A stretch of DNA of 64,000 nucleotides from Nitrospinota bacterium (GTDB taxonomy: Bacteria > UBA8248): NCBI GenBank assembly GCA_046581755.1, contig JAYGFR010000031.1, positions 11,039 through 75,038 of the forward strand. Reading direction: 5' to 3'. The position numbers and the translations under genes are program-made. Each line of letters starts with the position of its first letter. Position 1 is the stretch's first letter. Below, one piece after another: positions 10,205-19,024 of the stretch. The notes under the pieces were generated by a model, which was given only the letters and a program-made list of their open reading frames with translations, was not told the origin of the DNA and did no database searches.

Positions 10205-10247
10205 TTGACGCACATAAAAATTATATATATATTGTATATACTTTTTA
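10205..10247 (+). promoter_or_regulatory. mazEF promoter with AT-rich palindromic operator
   Basis: TTGACG-17-TATATT, overlapped by ATAAAAA...TATATA...TATATA...TTTTTAT inverted repeats. Confidence 0.6.
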
Positions 10248-10265
10248 TTTATGGGGATACTTGCC

Positions 10266-10508
10266 GTGGCCACCCAGATTGGAAAGTGGGGAAACAGCTT
10301 GGCCGTCAGGATTCCATCCGCCCTGGCGGAGCAATTCGGCTTGAAGGAAGGCTCTCCGGTGGAGATCATTACCGACGACCGGGGGCTCCTGGTCCGGAAG
10401 CCCGGCTACCGGCTGGAGGATCTCCTCGCGGGCATCACCCCCGAAAACCTGCCCCAAGAGCCTTCTCCCGGCCCGGCCGTGGGAGGTACGGACGGGGGAG
10501 GCGGATGA
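10266..10508 (+). CDS. mazE: AbrB/MazE-family antitoxin
   Basis: KWGNSLAVRIP, YRLEDLLAGITPEN; start may be the ATG at 10251. Confidence 0.85.
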   Translation: MATQIGKWGNSLAVRIPSALAEQFGLKEGSPVEIITDDRGLLVRKPGYRLEDLLAGITPENLPQEPSPGPAVGGTDGGGG

Positions 10509-10831
10509 GATCCGGTCTCGTCCCGGATCGCGGCGACATCCTCTTCCTGGATGGGGGCGCCGGACAGCGCGGCCGGGCCCCGGCTCTCATCGTCTCGCCC
10601 CGGGCCTACAACCGCGCCACCGGCCTTGCGCTCGCCTGTCCCATTATTCAAACCCCCGGGGGCTATCCGTTCGAGGTGCTCCTCCCCGGCAACCTGGGCA
10701 TCGCCGGAGCGGTCCTCGCCGACCGGCCCCAAAGCCTCGACTGGCGCTCCCGCCGCCCCGAATTCGCCGCCCACGCCCCCAAGGCCGTCCTCGAGGAAAT
10801 CGCCGCGAAGATAGCCATCTTGCTTGAGTGA
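10505..10831 (+). CDS. mazF: PemK/MazF-family toxin (catalytic residues appear degenerate)
   Basis: ATGA overlap with mazE; VPDRGDI, SPRAYN..TGLALACP, GYPFEV, SLDWRSR. Confidence 0.8.
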   Translation: MRSGLVPDRGDILFLDGGAGQRGRAPALIVSPRAYNRATGLALACPIIQTPGGYPFEVLLPGNLGIAGAVLADRPQSLDWRSRRPEFAAHAPKAVLEEIAAKIAILLE

Positions 10832-10941
10832 GGGGGGGGGGATACCCATCAGATTTCATCAATATGATCACACACGGATATCCATTGCACCCGGATGGCG
10901 GGACGCCGGGGGTCGTGCGGAAGTATCGGGCCGGGCCGGCG

Positions 10942-11484
10942 CTAGATACTAATCACCTTCCCGTTGAGCTTGATCTCGCTTTTGAGCGGGACGGCGGCCT
11001 GGACCATGGCTTCGGCGAAACACCCCTGCTTGGCGTTTTTGATGAGGGCGAGGACGCGCTCCTCGGGGGCGTCGGATTCGACGGTGAAGTACGTCCGGGT
11101 TTCGAGGCATTCGGCTTTCACGGTGCCCCTCAGGACGGAGCCGGAGAGAAGGTAGTCCATCTCGACGCGGACCTTGCTGCTCTTGTATTCGATTTTCATC
11201 ATGCTCGCGTACCGCGAGAGTTGGGTGAGCAGTCAGAAGCCGACTCCCATGCAGATGTAGGTGAGGGGCTGGGGGTGCTCGTCCTTTCCGCCCAGATCGG
11301 CGGGCTCGTCGCACATGACCTCGAAGTGGCGGTGTCGGCCGACCTTGAGCTGGGAGCCCGGGGGCGCCTCGGTGTCGGCGAACTGCTTGACCAGAAGGCC
11401 CTGCCGGGGGAGCTCGGGTTTGTCGATCACCCGCTCGCCGGGGGCGGTGCTCATGTCGCGGTGGAGGAGGGGCTTATCGTTCAT
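10942..11484 (-). CDS. Putative OsmC-like selenoprotein 1, 180 aa (TGA 11233-11235 read as Sec84)
   Basis: Two same-frame ORF-track fragments join as CDEP..LGG....P.PLTYICMGVGF-U-LLTQLSRYA; second catalytic Cys in AKQGCFAE; GAGG RBS. Confidence 0.85.
11204..11218 (-). promoter_or_regulatory. Putative bacterial SECIS hairpin
   Basis: CUCGC-GGUAC-GCGAG, loop GG at +20 after the TGA. Confidence 0.7.
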
Positions 11485-11521
11485 GGGACGCCTCTTCAAG
11501 AAAAAGGAATTGGAGCTGGGC

Positions 11522-12943
11522 TCATCCGACCGGCGGCCGAAGCGCCCGGATTTCCGGGGTCGCACTCTCGTAGGCATGGGCGCACCGGAGCGCGGCGGCC
11601 TCGCGCCAGGGGGCGGTGACGATGTCGAGCGAAAGGGGCAGGCCGATTTTGTTCAGCCCCATGGGCACGACCAGCGAGGGGCAGCCGGTCATGTTGTGGC
11701 AGGAGAGAAACGGGCGGTGGAGGTAGCTGAAGGGAAGGTCTCGCCCGTTCATCTCGGCCATCAGGGTTTCGATGGGCGGGGCGGCGCAGGGGACCGAGGG
11801 CATGATCATGGCGTCGGCATCTTTTAAAAACGCGGCCGCCTCGCGCCGGAGCAGGACCCGCTCTCGCATGGCGTGGACATAATCGTCCAGCGGAATCTGG
11901 GCCGACCACTCGTAGCGCTCGCGCACGTCGTCTCCATAGCCATCGGGGTTTTCCTCGTAATACGGCCGGTGAAACGCGGCGAACTCGGGCCCGGCGATCT
12001 TGGGAAACAGCTCCCCGAAGCGGCCGGCGTTCGGGAAGGAGACCTCCTCGATATTCGCGCCCAGATCCCGGAACACAATCGCCGCACGGGCGAAGGCCTC
12101 TAAAATCTCGGAGTCCACCTCGGAGTTAGAGTAAAAATCAGGACAAATAAAAATCCGGCTGCCCGCGACGCCCTTGTCGATCCCCTCGGTGTAATCGGGC
12201 ACGGAAACGTCCCGCGTTTTCGAATCCAGCGGATCGAAACCGGCCATGACGTTCAGGAACATCGCCGCGTCTTTTGCGCTGCGCGTCATCGGGCCGCAAT
12301 GGTCCAGGCTCAGGACGTTCGGGCAGATCCCCCGGATGCTCACCCGCCCGTGGGTGGGCTTGAGGCCGACGATGCCGCAAAAGGCCGCCGGGGTGCGCAC
12401 CGATCCGCCCGTGTCGGTGCCCAGCGCGGCGGGGATCATGCCCGCCGAGACCGCCGCCGCCGAGCCGCCGCTCGAGCCGCCGACGATACGATCCGGGTTC
12501 CAGGGATTGTGCGAGGTGCCCCAGTGGGGGTTGATGGTGGTCGATGCGGCGGCGAACTCGTGGGTATGGGTCTTCCCGATCAGGATGGCCCCGGCCCGCT
12601 TGAGGCGGGCGATGACTTCGGCGTCCTCTGCGGGCACGTTGTCCCGGTGGAACGATGATCCGTTCGTGGTGCGGATTCCGGCGGTGTCGATGATGTCCTT
12701 CGCACCGTAGGGGATGCCGTGCAGGGGGCCCCGATAGCGGCCCGCGGCGATTTCGTCTCCGGCCCGCCGGGCCTCCTCCATCGCCAGCTCGCCCGTGACG
12801 GTCAAAAAGCCCAGGTACTCTTCGTTCAGCGCCTCGATGCGCCCCAGGAGGGCCTCGACGATTTCGGCCGGGGAGAGAGAGCGGTTTTTAATTTTCCCGG
12901 AGAGCTCGAATACGCTCAAATCGCAAAGGGCATCATCCACCAC
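11522..12943 (-). CDS. Amidase signature (GatA-like) family amidase
   Basis: GPLHGIPYGAKD, GGSSGGS, GTDTGGSVRTPA; GTG start after GGAG. Confidence 0.9.
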   Translation of the reverse strand: MVDDALCDLSVFELSGKIKNRSLSPAEIVEALLGRIEALNEEYLGFLTVTGELAMEEARRAGDEIAAGRYRGPLHGIPYGAKDIIDTAGIRTTNGSSFHRDNVPAEDAEVIARLKRAGAILIGKTHTHEFAAASTTINPHWGTSHNPWNPDRIVGGSSGGSAAAVSAGMIPAALGTDTGGSVRTPAAFCGIVGLKPTHGRVSIRGICPNVLSLDHCGPMTRSAKDAAMFLNVMAGFDPLDSKTRDVSVPDYTEGIDKGVAGSRIFICPDFYSNSEVDSEILEAFARAAIVFRDLGANIEEVSFPNAGRFGELFPKIAGPEFAAFHRPYYEENPDGYGDDVRERYEWSAQIPLDDYVHAMRERVLLRREAAAFLKDADAMIMPSVPCAAPPIETLMAEMNGRDLPFSYLHRPFLSCHNMTGCPSLVVPMGLNKIGLPLSLDIVTAPWREAAALRCAHAYESATPEIRALRPPVG

Positions 12944-12972
12944 GGCAGCCACTCCTCCCAGATTTTGGCTGG

Positions 12973-13710
12973 CTATCTTCCCGGCGCATGAAGAATGCGC
13001 GTTTTTTTCTTCAGCGTCCTGAGCATCAGGTAGACGATCAGGCTGAGGGAGAAAATAACAGCCCAGCCCGTATCGATAACGAATTCTTTTTTCACGGTCC
13101 AATCGCCGATGGCCTGGAACAGGGTCATCACCGCGATCACGCAGAAAAACCCCGAATACTCTCTCCGCAGGACCGTCCTCGCCGAGAAAGGAAACGAGGG
13201 TTTCTCCCAGTTCGAAAATCTGGGGAAAATAACCGGTGTCCGCTCCGTCCAGCGGAGATATTCATCCCCGAATTTTTCGCGCAAAAACTCTTCCTCCCGC
13301 AAGATGATCCGCTCGTAGTAAATCCAGAAAAACATCGCGAGCAACACCAACGTGAGGGGCGATTGCAAGAAGAGAAGCAGGCCCGAGACCATAACGAAGT
13401 TTCCCAGATAAAGCGGGTTCCGGCAGAGGGAGTACATGCCGGTGGTGTTGAGCTGGCTGGCCTTTTGATTTTTCGTGATTCGGCCCGAGGTTCCGGCCGG
13501 GGCGTGTCCGACGCTGAGCGCCCGGATGGCCAGGCCGGACAGGGAAACCGCCAGGCAGACGATTTCGAGAACGCCGGCCCAGAACTCCGAGTTCATCGGA
13601 AAGCGGTAATGGCGGAACTCGTAGAGGACCACCGGAACGATCGCCAGGGGGAGGTAGCCCCTCCAGCGGAAAAGCCAGTCGCCTTGTCTGACCATATCCT
13701 CTTTCAGCAT
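12973..13710 (-). CDS. ICMT/PEMT-family membrane methyltransferase (LmtA-like)
   Basis: GDWLFRWRGYLP, GTSGR, LNTTGMYSLCRNPLYLGN, YYERII..EE.FL..KFG. Confidence 0.75.
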   Translation of the reverse strand: MLKEDMVRQGDWLFRWRGYLPLAIVPVVLYEFRHYRFPMNSEFWAGVLEIVCLAVSLSGLAIRALSVGHAPAGTSGRITKNQKASQLNTTGMYSLCRNPLYLGNFVMVSGLLLFLQSPLTLVLLAMFFWIYYERIILREEEFLREKFGDEYLRWTERTPVIFPRFSNWEKPSFPFSARTVLRREYSGFFCVIAVMTLFQAIGDWTVKKEFVIDTGWAVIFSLSLIVYLMLRTLKKKTRILHAPGR

Positions 13711-13789
13711 GGCACCACGGCTTTCGAGTTCAAGAGACATTCGGCGTCCAACGAAAAATTTCCATAACCCGCGCGGCCCGGCGCGCCGC

Positions 13790-14596
13790 CTACTCTTCCA
13801 TTCTGGCCCGGTCCGCCTCCCACCCCCCGGGGGCGAGGCCGTCCTCGGCGAGATATGCGTAGTAGCGCCGGAGGCCCTCTTCCTCATCCGCCCCCACATC
13901 GTAGCGGATACAGTTCGTCAGGTAATCCCTCGCCGTGGCCTCGTCGATATAGGGCAGCTCCCGGGCGGCCCGGGCGATGATCTCATCCAGGCGGCGGACG
14001 CCCTCTTCCTTCGCCTCCCGGAGCAGGCGGCAGGCCCCGGCGTCTCCGGCCCTCGGCCGGAACAACCAGACCGCATAGAGAAACGGCAGGCCGGTGAACT
14101 CCGTCCACACCCCGCCCAGGTCGATGAGGTCGAGGCCGCCCGCCTCCTCGCGCAGGGCGTTGTCGCCGATGAGGAGGAAGGCATCGAGAGATTTGTCTTC
14201 GCGCGGCGGGCGCCGGGGATCGATGGACACGAATTCGGGCGCGGCGCCCCATTTCCGGGAGATGATGACACGCGCCATGTTGGCGGCCGAAAGGGACCAG
14301 GCGTCCAGGCCGACGCGCCGGAGCTCCCCGGGCGGCTTCCGGCAGAACAGGCGGATGCTCTTCACCCGCCCCCGGCTGGCAATCCCCACGCCGGGCACAT
14401 AGCGGGCCCCGGGCAGATGAAACATCGCGAAGGAGGAAACCAGCGCGGCATCCACCCCGCCCTCCTCGAGCAGGGGCAACAGCCGCGCGGGGGGCTCGGC
14501 GCGGAGTTCCACCTCCGCCCGGTTTTCGAGGGCGAGAGTGAGAGGAACCGCGTTGAGGAAGGGAACCGTACCGAGCTTCAGGCCTTGACCGCCCAT
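13790..14596 (-). CDS. mqnA: Chorismate dehydratase
   Basis: LGTVPFLNAVPL, G.V.SI.LF, LLIGDNAL, DLG..W...TGLPF..AVW. Confidence 0.88.
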   Translation of the reverse strand: MGGQGLKLGTVPFLNAVPLTLALENRAEVELRAEPPARLLPLLEEGGVDAALVSSFAMFHLPGARYVPGVGIASRGRVKSIRLFCRKPPGELRRVGLDAWSLSAANMARVIISRKWGAAPEFVSIDPRRPPREDKSLDAFLLIGDNALREEAGGLDLIDLGGVWTEFTGLPFLYAVWLFRPRAGDAGACRLLREAKEEGVRRLDEIIARAARELPYIDEATARDYLTNCIRYDVGADEEEGLRRYYAYLAEDGLAPGGWEADRARMEE

Positions 14597-15717
14597 GTAT
14601 CTCCCAGGCGCTTCACCTCGCGGTAGAGCGTGTCGCGCTCGACGGGCCTGCGGCCCACCTCTTCGATGATGCGGCGAATCTCGTCCACGCCGATTTCCTG
14701 CGGCGTCTGGGCGCCGGCCATGTGATAGATCTTCTCCTGGACGACGGTTCCGTCGATATCGTCCACCCCGAAGCGCTGGCTGATCTGCGCGATGGGCACA
14801 CCGACCATGATCCAGTAGGCCTTGATGTGATCGATGTTGTCGAGAAGGAGCCGGGCGGCGGCGTAGTTGCGGATATCGAGCAGCCCGCCCGGGCCGGGCA
14901 CGTCCGCCATTTGCGAATTATCCGGGTGAAAGGCGAGCGGGATGAACGTCGTGAAGCCGCCCGTCTCGTCCTGAAGCTCGCGGAGCCGCAGCATGTGGTC
15001 CACCCGGTCCTCGTCGGTTTCGACGTGGCCGTAGAGCATGGTGCAGGAGCTCCGGAGGCCCATGCCGTGGGCGATGCGGTGGACATCGAGCCAATCCTCG
15101 GCGGATTGTTTTCCCTTGCAGATGACAGAGCGCGTGGGCTCGGCGAAAATCTCCGCCCCACCACCCGTGAGCGAGCCCAGCCCCGCCCGCACCAGCGCCC
15201 CCAGCGTCTCCTCGACGCTCATCTTCGCGACATGGTCCGCCAGCCAGCGGATCTCGGTGGAGGTGAAGATTTTGAGGTGGAGATGGGGGTGAATCTCCTT
15301 GATGCCGTGGATCATCTCCAGGTAGTAATCGAAGGGAAGGTCCGGGTGCAACCCGCCCACCATGTGAAACTCGGTGCGCCCCTTGCCGAGGCCCTCGGCC
15401 ATCTTGAATATTTCTTCGAGCGAGTAGGCGTAGGCGCCCTCCTGGCCCTCTTTTCTGGCGAACGCGCAGAACTTGCACGCCTTCCAGAGAACGCAGACGT
15501 TCGAGTAATTGATGTGGCTGTTGACGTTGTAGTAGGTGGCGTCCCCGTGCATGCGCTCTCGCACGAGGTTCGCCATGTGGCCGAGGCCGGCGATGTCATC
15601 CGTCCGGTAGAGGCGCACCCCCTCCTCGAACGAGAGCCGCTCGCCCGCCTCCACCTTCTCGAAAATATCCGCCAACGGCCCGCGCCGGAGCCGCCGGGCC
15701 ATGAATGTTTCAGTCAT
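14578..15717 (-). CDS. mqnE: Aminofutalosine synthase (radical SAM)
   Basis: HINYSNVC....CKFCAF, HMVGGLHP, FIPLAFHP, HIKAYW, DDIDGTVVQEKIYHMAGA. Confidence 0.9.
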   Translation of the reverse strand: MTETFMARRLRRGPLADIFEKVEAGERLSFEEGVRLYRTDDIAGLGHMANLVRERMHGDATYYNVNSHINYSNVCVLWKACKFCAFARKEGQEGAYAYSLEEIFKMAEGLGKGRTEFHMVGGLHPDLPFDYYLEMIHGIKEIHPHLHLKIFTSTEIRWLADHVAKMSVEETLGALVRAGLGSLTGGGAEIFAEPTRSVICKGKQSAEDWLDVHRIAHGMGLRSSCTMLYGHVETDEDRVDHMLRLRELQDETGGFTTFIPLAFHPDNSQMADVPGPGGLLDIRNYAAARLLLDNIDHIKAYWIMVGVPIAQISQRFGVDDIDGTVVQEKIYHMAGAQTPQEIGVDEIRRIIEEVGRRPVERDTLYREVKRLGDTWAVKA

Positions 15718-15878
15718 CGAACCCACTCAGCCAAAGCCCCCGAAACCCCCAAGAGGCGGGTTTTTGAACCTACCGGACAACCCGGCAAGTGTCGTATCTA
15801 GAAAGGGGGGGTGTCAATGCAGGCCCGGCCTTGCAGGCATCCCTTGCTCCCCCGGCCCGACAGGGAGCCCGGTGCCCC

Positions 15879-16085
15879 CTACCCCCCGAAAATATCGCGC
15901 GGGTGTTTTTCGCTCAGCATCGCCTCGTTGATCATCCAGTTCTCCCGGGGCACGTCCTCGAACATCACCCAGACGGCCTCGGGGGGCGCGGCGGTGTTGT
16001 GCATGATGACTTCGTGGATCTCGCTGGCGATTTGTTTTTTCGTCTCCGGCGAAAGGCCGAAGGCAGATACGCGGACCAGGGGCAT
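15879..16085 (-). CDS. 4-oxalocrotonate tautomerase family protein
   Basis: N-terminal catalytic Pro after Met, AGGAGA RBS, VWVMFEDVPRENW. Confidence 0.85.
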   Translation of the reverse strand: MPLVRVSAFGLSPETKKQIASEIHEVIMHNTAAPPEAVWVMFEDVPRENWMINEAMLSEKHPRDIFGG

Positions 16086-16133
16086 AGGAGAATCTCCTTT
16101 CAGGAATGGGAGAGCGTTTCCGGCGGGCGGCCT

Positions 16134-16937
16134 CTAGGCCGCGCCTTCGTTCTCCCTCAAAAACGCGTCCACGGCGGCATTCCAGCCCTCGGGGTTTCGC
16201 CGGTAGGAGTTGTGCCCGCCGGTTTCGAGGAGATGGAGGCTGGAGCCCTCGATCATGGCGCTCAAGTCTTCGGCGAAATAGGGCGGGGTGAGCGGATCGT
16301 CCTTGGCGGCGACGATGAGCGCCTTGTGGGCGATATTGGGGATTTCGTCCAGGCGGTCGTGCGCCAGGGTCATGTCGATCCGGGCGGTGAGGATATCGGG
16401 ATCGGCGATGGTTTCTTTCTGGCGCTTTTCGAGGTCGAGCAGGATTTCGAGATCGTTGCGGAACATGGCGGGCCCGCCCGTCCAGATGGAGCTGGCCTCG
16501 ATATAGGCCTCTTGGCCGTAGGCATGGAGGATTCGCCGCCGGGCGATCTGGAGGCGGGTCATATACTCGTCCGCGCGGGTCCAGGTATTGGTGAAAACGG
16601 CCAGCCCGACGCGATCGGGATGGTCGAGGCAAAGATTCTGGAGAATGCAGCCGCCGGTCGAGGCCCCCGCGATGTGCGCCCGCTCGATTCCCAGATGGTC
16701 GAGCAGGGCGGCCGCGTCTTCGGTGATCTGTGCGGTGGTGTATCCCTCCTTGGGCTTATCGCTCTCGCCCGAGCCGCGGTGATCGAACGAGATGCACCGG
16801 TAGCGCCCGGAGAAATAGGGGAACTGGAACTCCCACATTTTCGAGAGCCCGATGAGGCCCGGAATGAAAAGAAGGGCCTCGCCCTCGCCTTCTTCGATAT
16901 AGTGAATTTGAACGTCTTTCGCCTGGAATCGAGGCAT
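16134..16937 (-). CDS. Alpha/beta hydrolase (RutD-like)
   Basis: FDHRGSGES, GASTGG nucleophile elbow, DDPLTPP, GGH. Confidence 0.8.
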   Translation of the reverse strand: MPRFQAKDVQIHYIEEGEGEALLFIPGLIGLSKMWEFQFPYFSGRYRCISFDHRGSGESDKPKEGYTTAQITEDAAALLDHLGIERAHIAGASTGGCILQNLCLDHPDRVGLAVFTNTWTRADEYMTRLQIARRRILHAYGQEAYIEASSIWTGGPAMFRNDLEILLDLEKRQKETIADPDILTARIDMTLAHDRLDEIPNIAHKALIVAAKDDPLTPPYFAEDLSAMIEGSSLHLLETGGHNSYRRNPEGWNAAVDAFLRENEGAA

Positions 16938-17110
16938 CGTCTCTCCTCAAAAAATGCGTCACTAAAAAAATGCGTAACTCCCCTCCGGCGCGTCCCGGGC
17001 GAAGCGGCGTCTCCGGGGGATCAACCTGCCCTGATTGGCGAATGGTTCGGAAAAGCGGCGGGGCCGCCGGGGATGGACAAGCCGCCCGCACAGGGGCATC
17101 CGCTACGGGG

Positions 17111-17296
17111 CTATCTCTCGTCCCTGTCCATTTCTTTGACGAGCAGATTTTTGTCCTTCTTGTCGCCCGGATAGGCCGGGGATCGTTCGTGCCCCATCCG
17201 GCCGAAGGCCCGGCCCAAAATGCGGTGGGCCGCGCTCTCCTCGCTGTGCTTGGGCAGAGGAGGCTGCGCTTTTTTCTTCCCGGGTTTTTCGGACAT
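17111..17296 (-). CDS. Small hypothetical protein
   Basis: GAGG RBS, 61 aa, co-oriented with both neighbours; no recognisable motif. Confidence 0.35.
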   Translation of the reverse strand: MSEKPGKKKAQPPLPKHSEESAAHRILGRAFGRMGHERSPAYPGDKKDKNLLVKEMDRDER

Positions 17297-17350
17297 CTCA
17301 ACAGACCTCAAATGATCGATTGCCTTCCGGCTGCCCGCCGGGCTCAAGCG

Positions 17351-18793
17351 CTACGAATCCATCTTATCGGAGGTTCTTCTTCCCTTACTGACTCTCCGCT
17401 CTTCTTCGATCGTTCTCCGCTCATTTCCGTACCTGCGCCAAGCCCTTCGCCGGTCAATTTTGAAGGAGGATCGCATCAGCCAGCCCCGGACGCGCGATCG
17501 GAGGCCGGAGACGGCGAATTCTTTCGTCATGTAGTCGGTCGCCCCCGCCGCGAAGCACTCCAGGACATCGTTCTGCTCAAACCGCTTTCCGGTGACAACG
17601 ATGATGGCCACGTCGTTTAGGTCGGGATTCTCATTCCCCCGGATGGCCCGGCAGACGTCGAGTCCGTGCATTCCGGGAAGCTCCAAGTCCAGGAGGATCA
17701 GGTCCGGCAGCTCATCGCATGCGACCTTCACCGCCTCCTTCCCATCGTAGGCATGGAGAAACCTGATTCCTTCTTCTTCCTGAAGGGTGGCTTCCAGGAG
17801 CCGGTTCATTTGGCGATCGTCGTCCACGATGAGAACTTTCTTTTCCCGCTCCGGCGACGATCCCGCGAGCAGGGCGGAATCTTTTTTTGAAACGACCGGA
17901 ATCTTGGCCTTGGGATCCTCGGCCAGTTCGATGACCAGATTGTCCTCCGCCGCGAACACCTCGGGAACGAATTCGGCCCCGTTCGCCCTTTGCCGGGCCT
18001 TTTCGACCAACTCGTCCATCTCCTCGTCGTTTCGAAGCGGGTCGTGGTGGAAAAGCGCCAGCCGCTTGGCGCGGGCGGCAATGGCATAGTCCACCACTTT
18101 TTCATAGGGCGAGTGGCCCCAGCCCACCTTGGAGGAATATTCCTCGAGGGTGTATTGCGCATCGTGGATGATCAGATCGGCACCTTCCATGAATTTAACG
18201 TGGTCCTGGTCTTCATGATGAATGGGAAATACGCCGATCTCGGAGCCCATCGAATGAAGCGAGTGGGGTTCATGGTCCGGAATGTAGACGATTTTCACCC
18301 CTCCGGTTTCGAGGGCATAACACAAAGTGAGAGAGGGATGATTTGTGTAGCATGCGGAAACATGCACGCCATCGACATCGAAAACCCCCTCGCCCAGGTC
18401 CATGAACTTCACCGTCGCGCCGAGCGAATCGAGATTGACGGGAAAATAGCTGTAGATCATCTGTCCCGAGAGGGTATTGCTCAACTCTTGGCCCATTCTC
18501 CTGGGCCCGTATATGTTCACCTCGTTTCCGGGAACGAAAAGAGGGGCGAAAAACGGGAAACCCTGGATGTGATCCCAATGGGTATGGGTGATCAGGAGGT
18601 TGGCTTTTATCGGATTCTCGCCCGATCTCATCATCTCCTGACCCAGGTCGTGAATTCCCGTCCCGCAGTCGAAAATGATGCGCCTTCCATCATCCATCAG
18701 GACCTGCACGCAGGACGTATTTCCGCCATACCGAAGCGTGCTCAGACCCGGTTTCGCCAATGAACCGCGAACCCCCCAAAAACGAACTTGCAC
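17351..18793 (-). CDS. MBL-fold hydrolase fused to a receiver domain and an Arg-rich tail
   Basis: FWGVRGS, THTHWDHIQG, GWGHS, LFHHDP; REC motifs VLIVDDD...DLILLDLELP. Confidence 0.85.
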   Translation of the reverse strand: MQVRFWGVRGSLAKPGLSTLRYGGNTSCVQVLMDDGRRIIFDCGTGIHDLGQEMMRSGENPIKANLLITHTHWDHIQGFPFFAPLFVPGNEVNIYGPRRMGQELSNTLSGQMIYSYFPVNLDSLGATVKFMDLGEGVFDVDGVHVSACYTNHPSLTLCYALETGGVKIVYIPDHEPHSLHSMGSEIGVFPIHHEDQDHVKFMEGADLIIHDAQYTLEEYSSKVGWGHSPYEKVVDYAIAARAKRLALFHHDPLRNDEEMDELVEKARQRANGAEFVPEVFAAEDNLVIELAEDPKAKIPVVSKKDSALLAGSSPEREKKVLIVDDDRQMNRLLEATLQEEEGIRFLHAYDGKEAVKVACDELPDLILLDLELPGMHGLDVCRAIRGNENPDLNDVAIIVVTGKRFEQNDVLECFAAGATDYMTKEFAVSGLRSRVRGWLMRSSFKIDRRRAWRRYGNERRTIEEERRVSKGRRTSDKMDS

Positions 18794-19024
18794 GTTTCCT
18801 CCCTTCCCCCCGCCCCGCGCGAGGAGAGGTGCATGGAAATCCGGCAGGAGGCGGAGAGCCCATCACAACCCGAGGGACCGGATATCGGATTTTTCGAACC
18901 GGAACCCGCGAACATTAAAAAATTCAAAGGCTACCGGACAAAACCCATATATTGGATAAGCTTACCGATTCCTTGTCCCGAATTGCAATGGCGAATCGGC
19001 AAACCTGGCATAGGTTAATATGCC

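Noticed and set aside
11522..12943. Calling either amidase gatA
   Set aside because: No gatB is adjacent, and the sequences have general amidase-signature features only.
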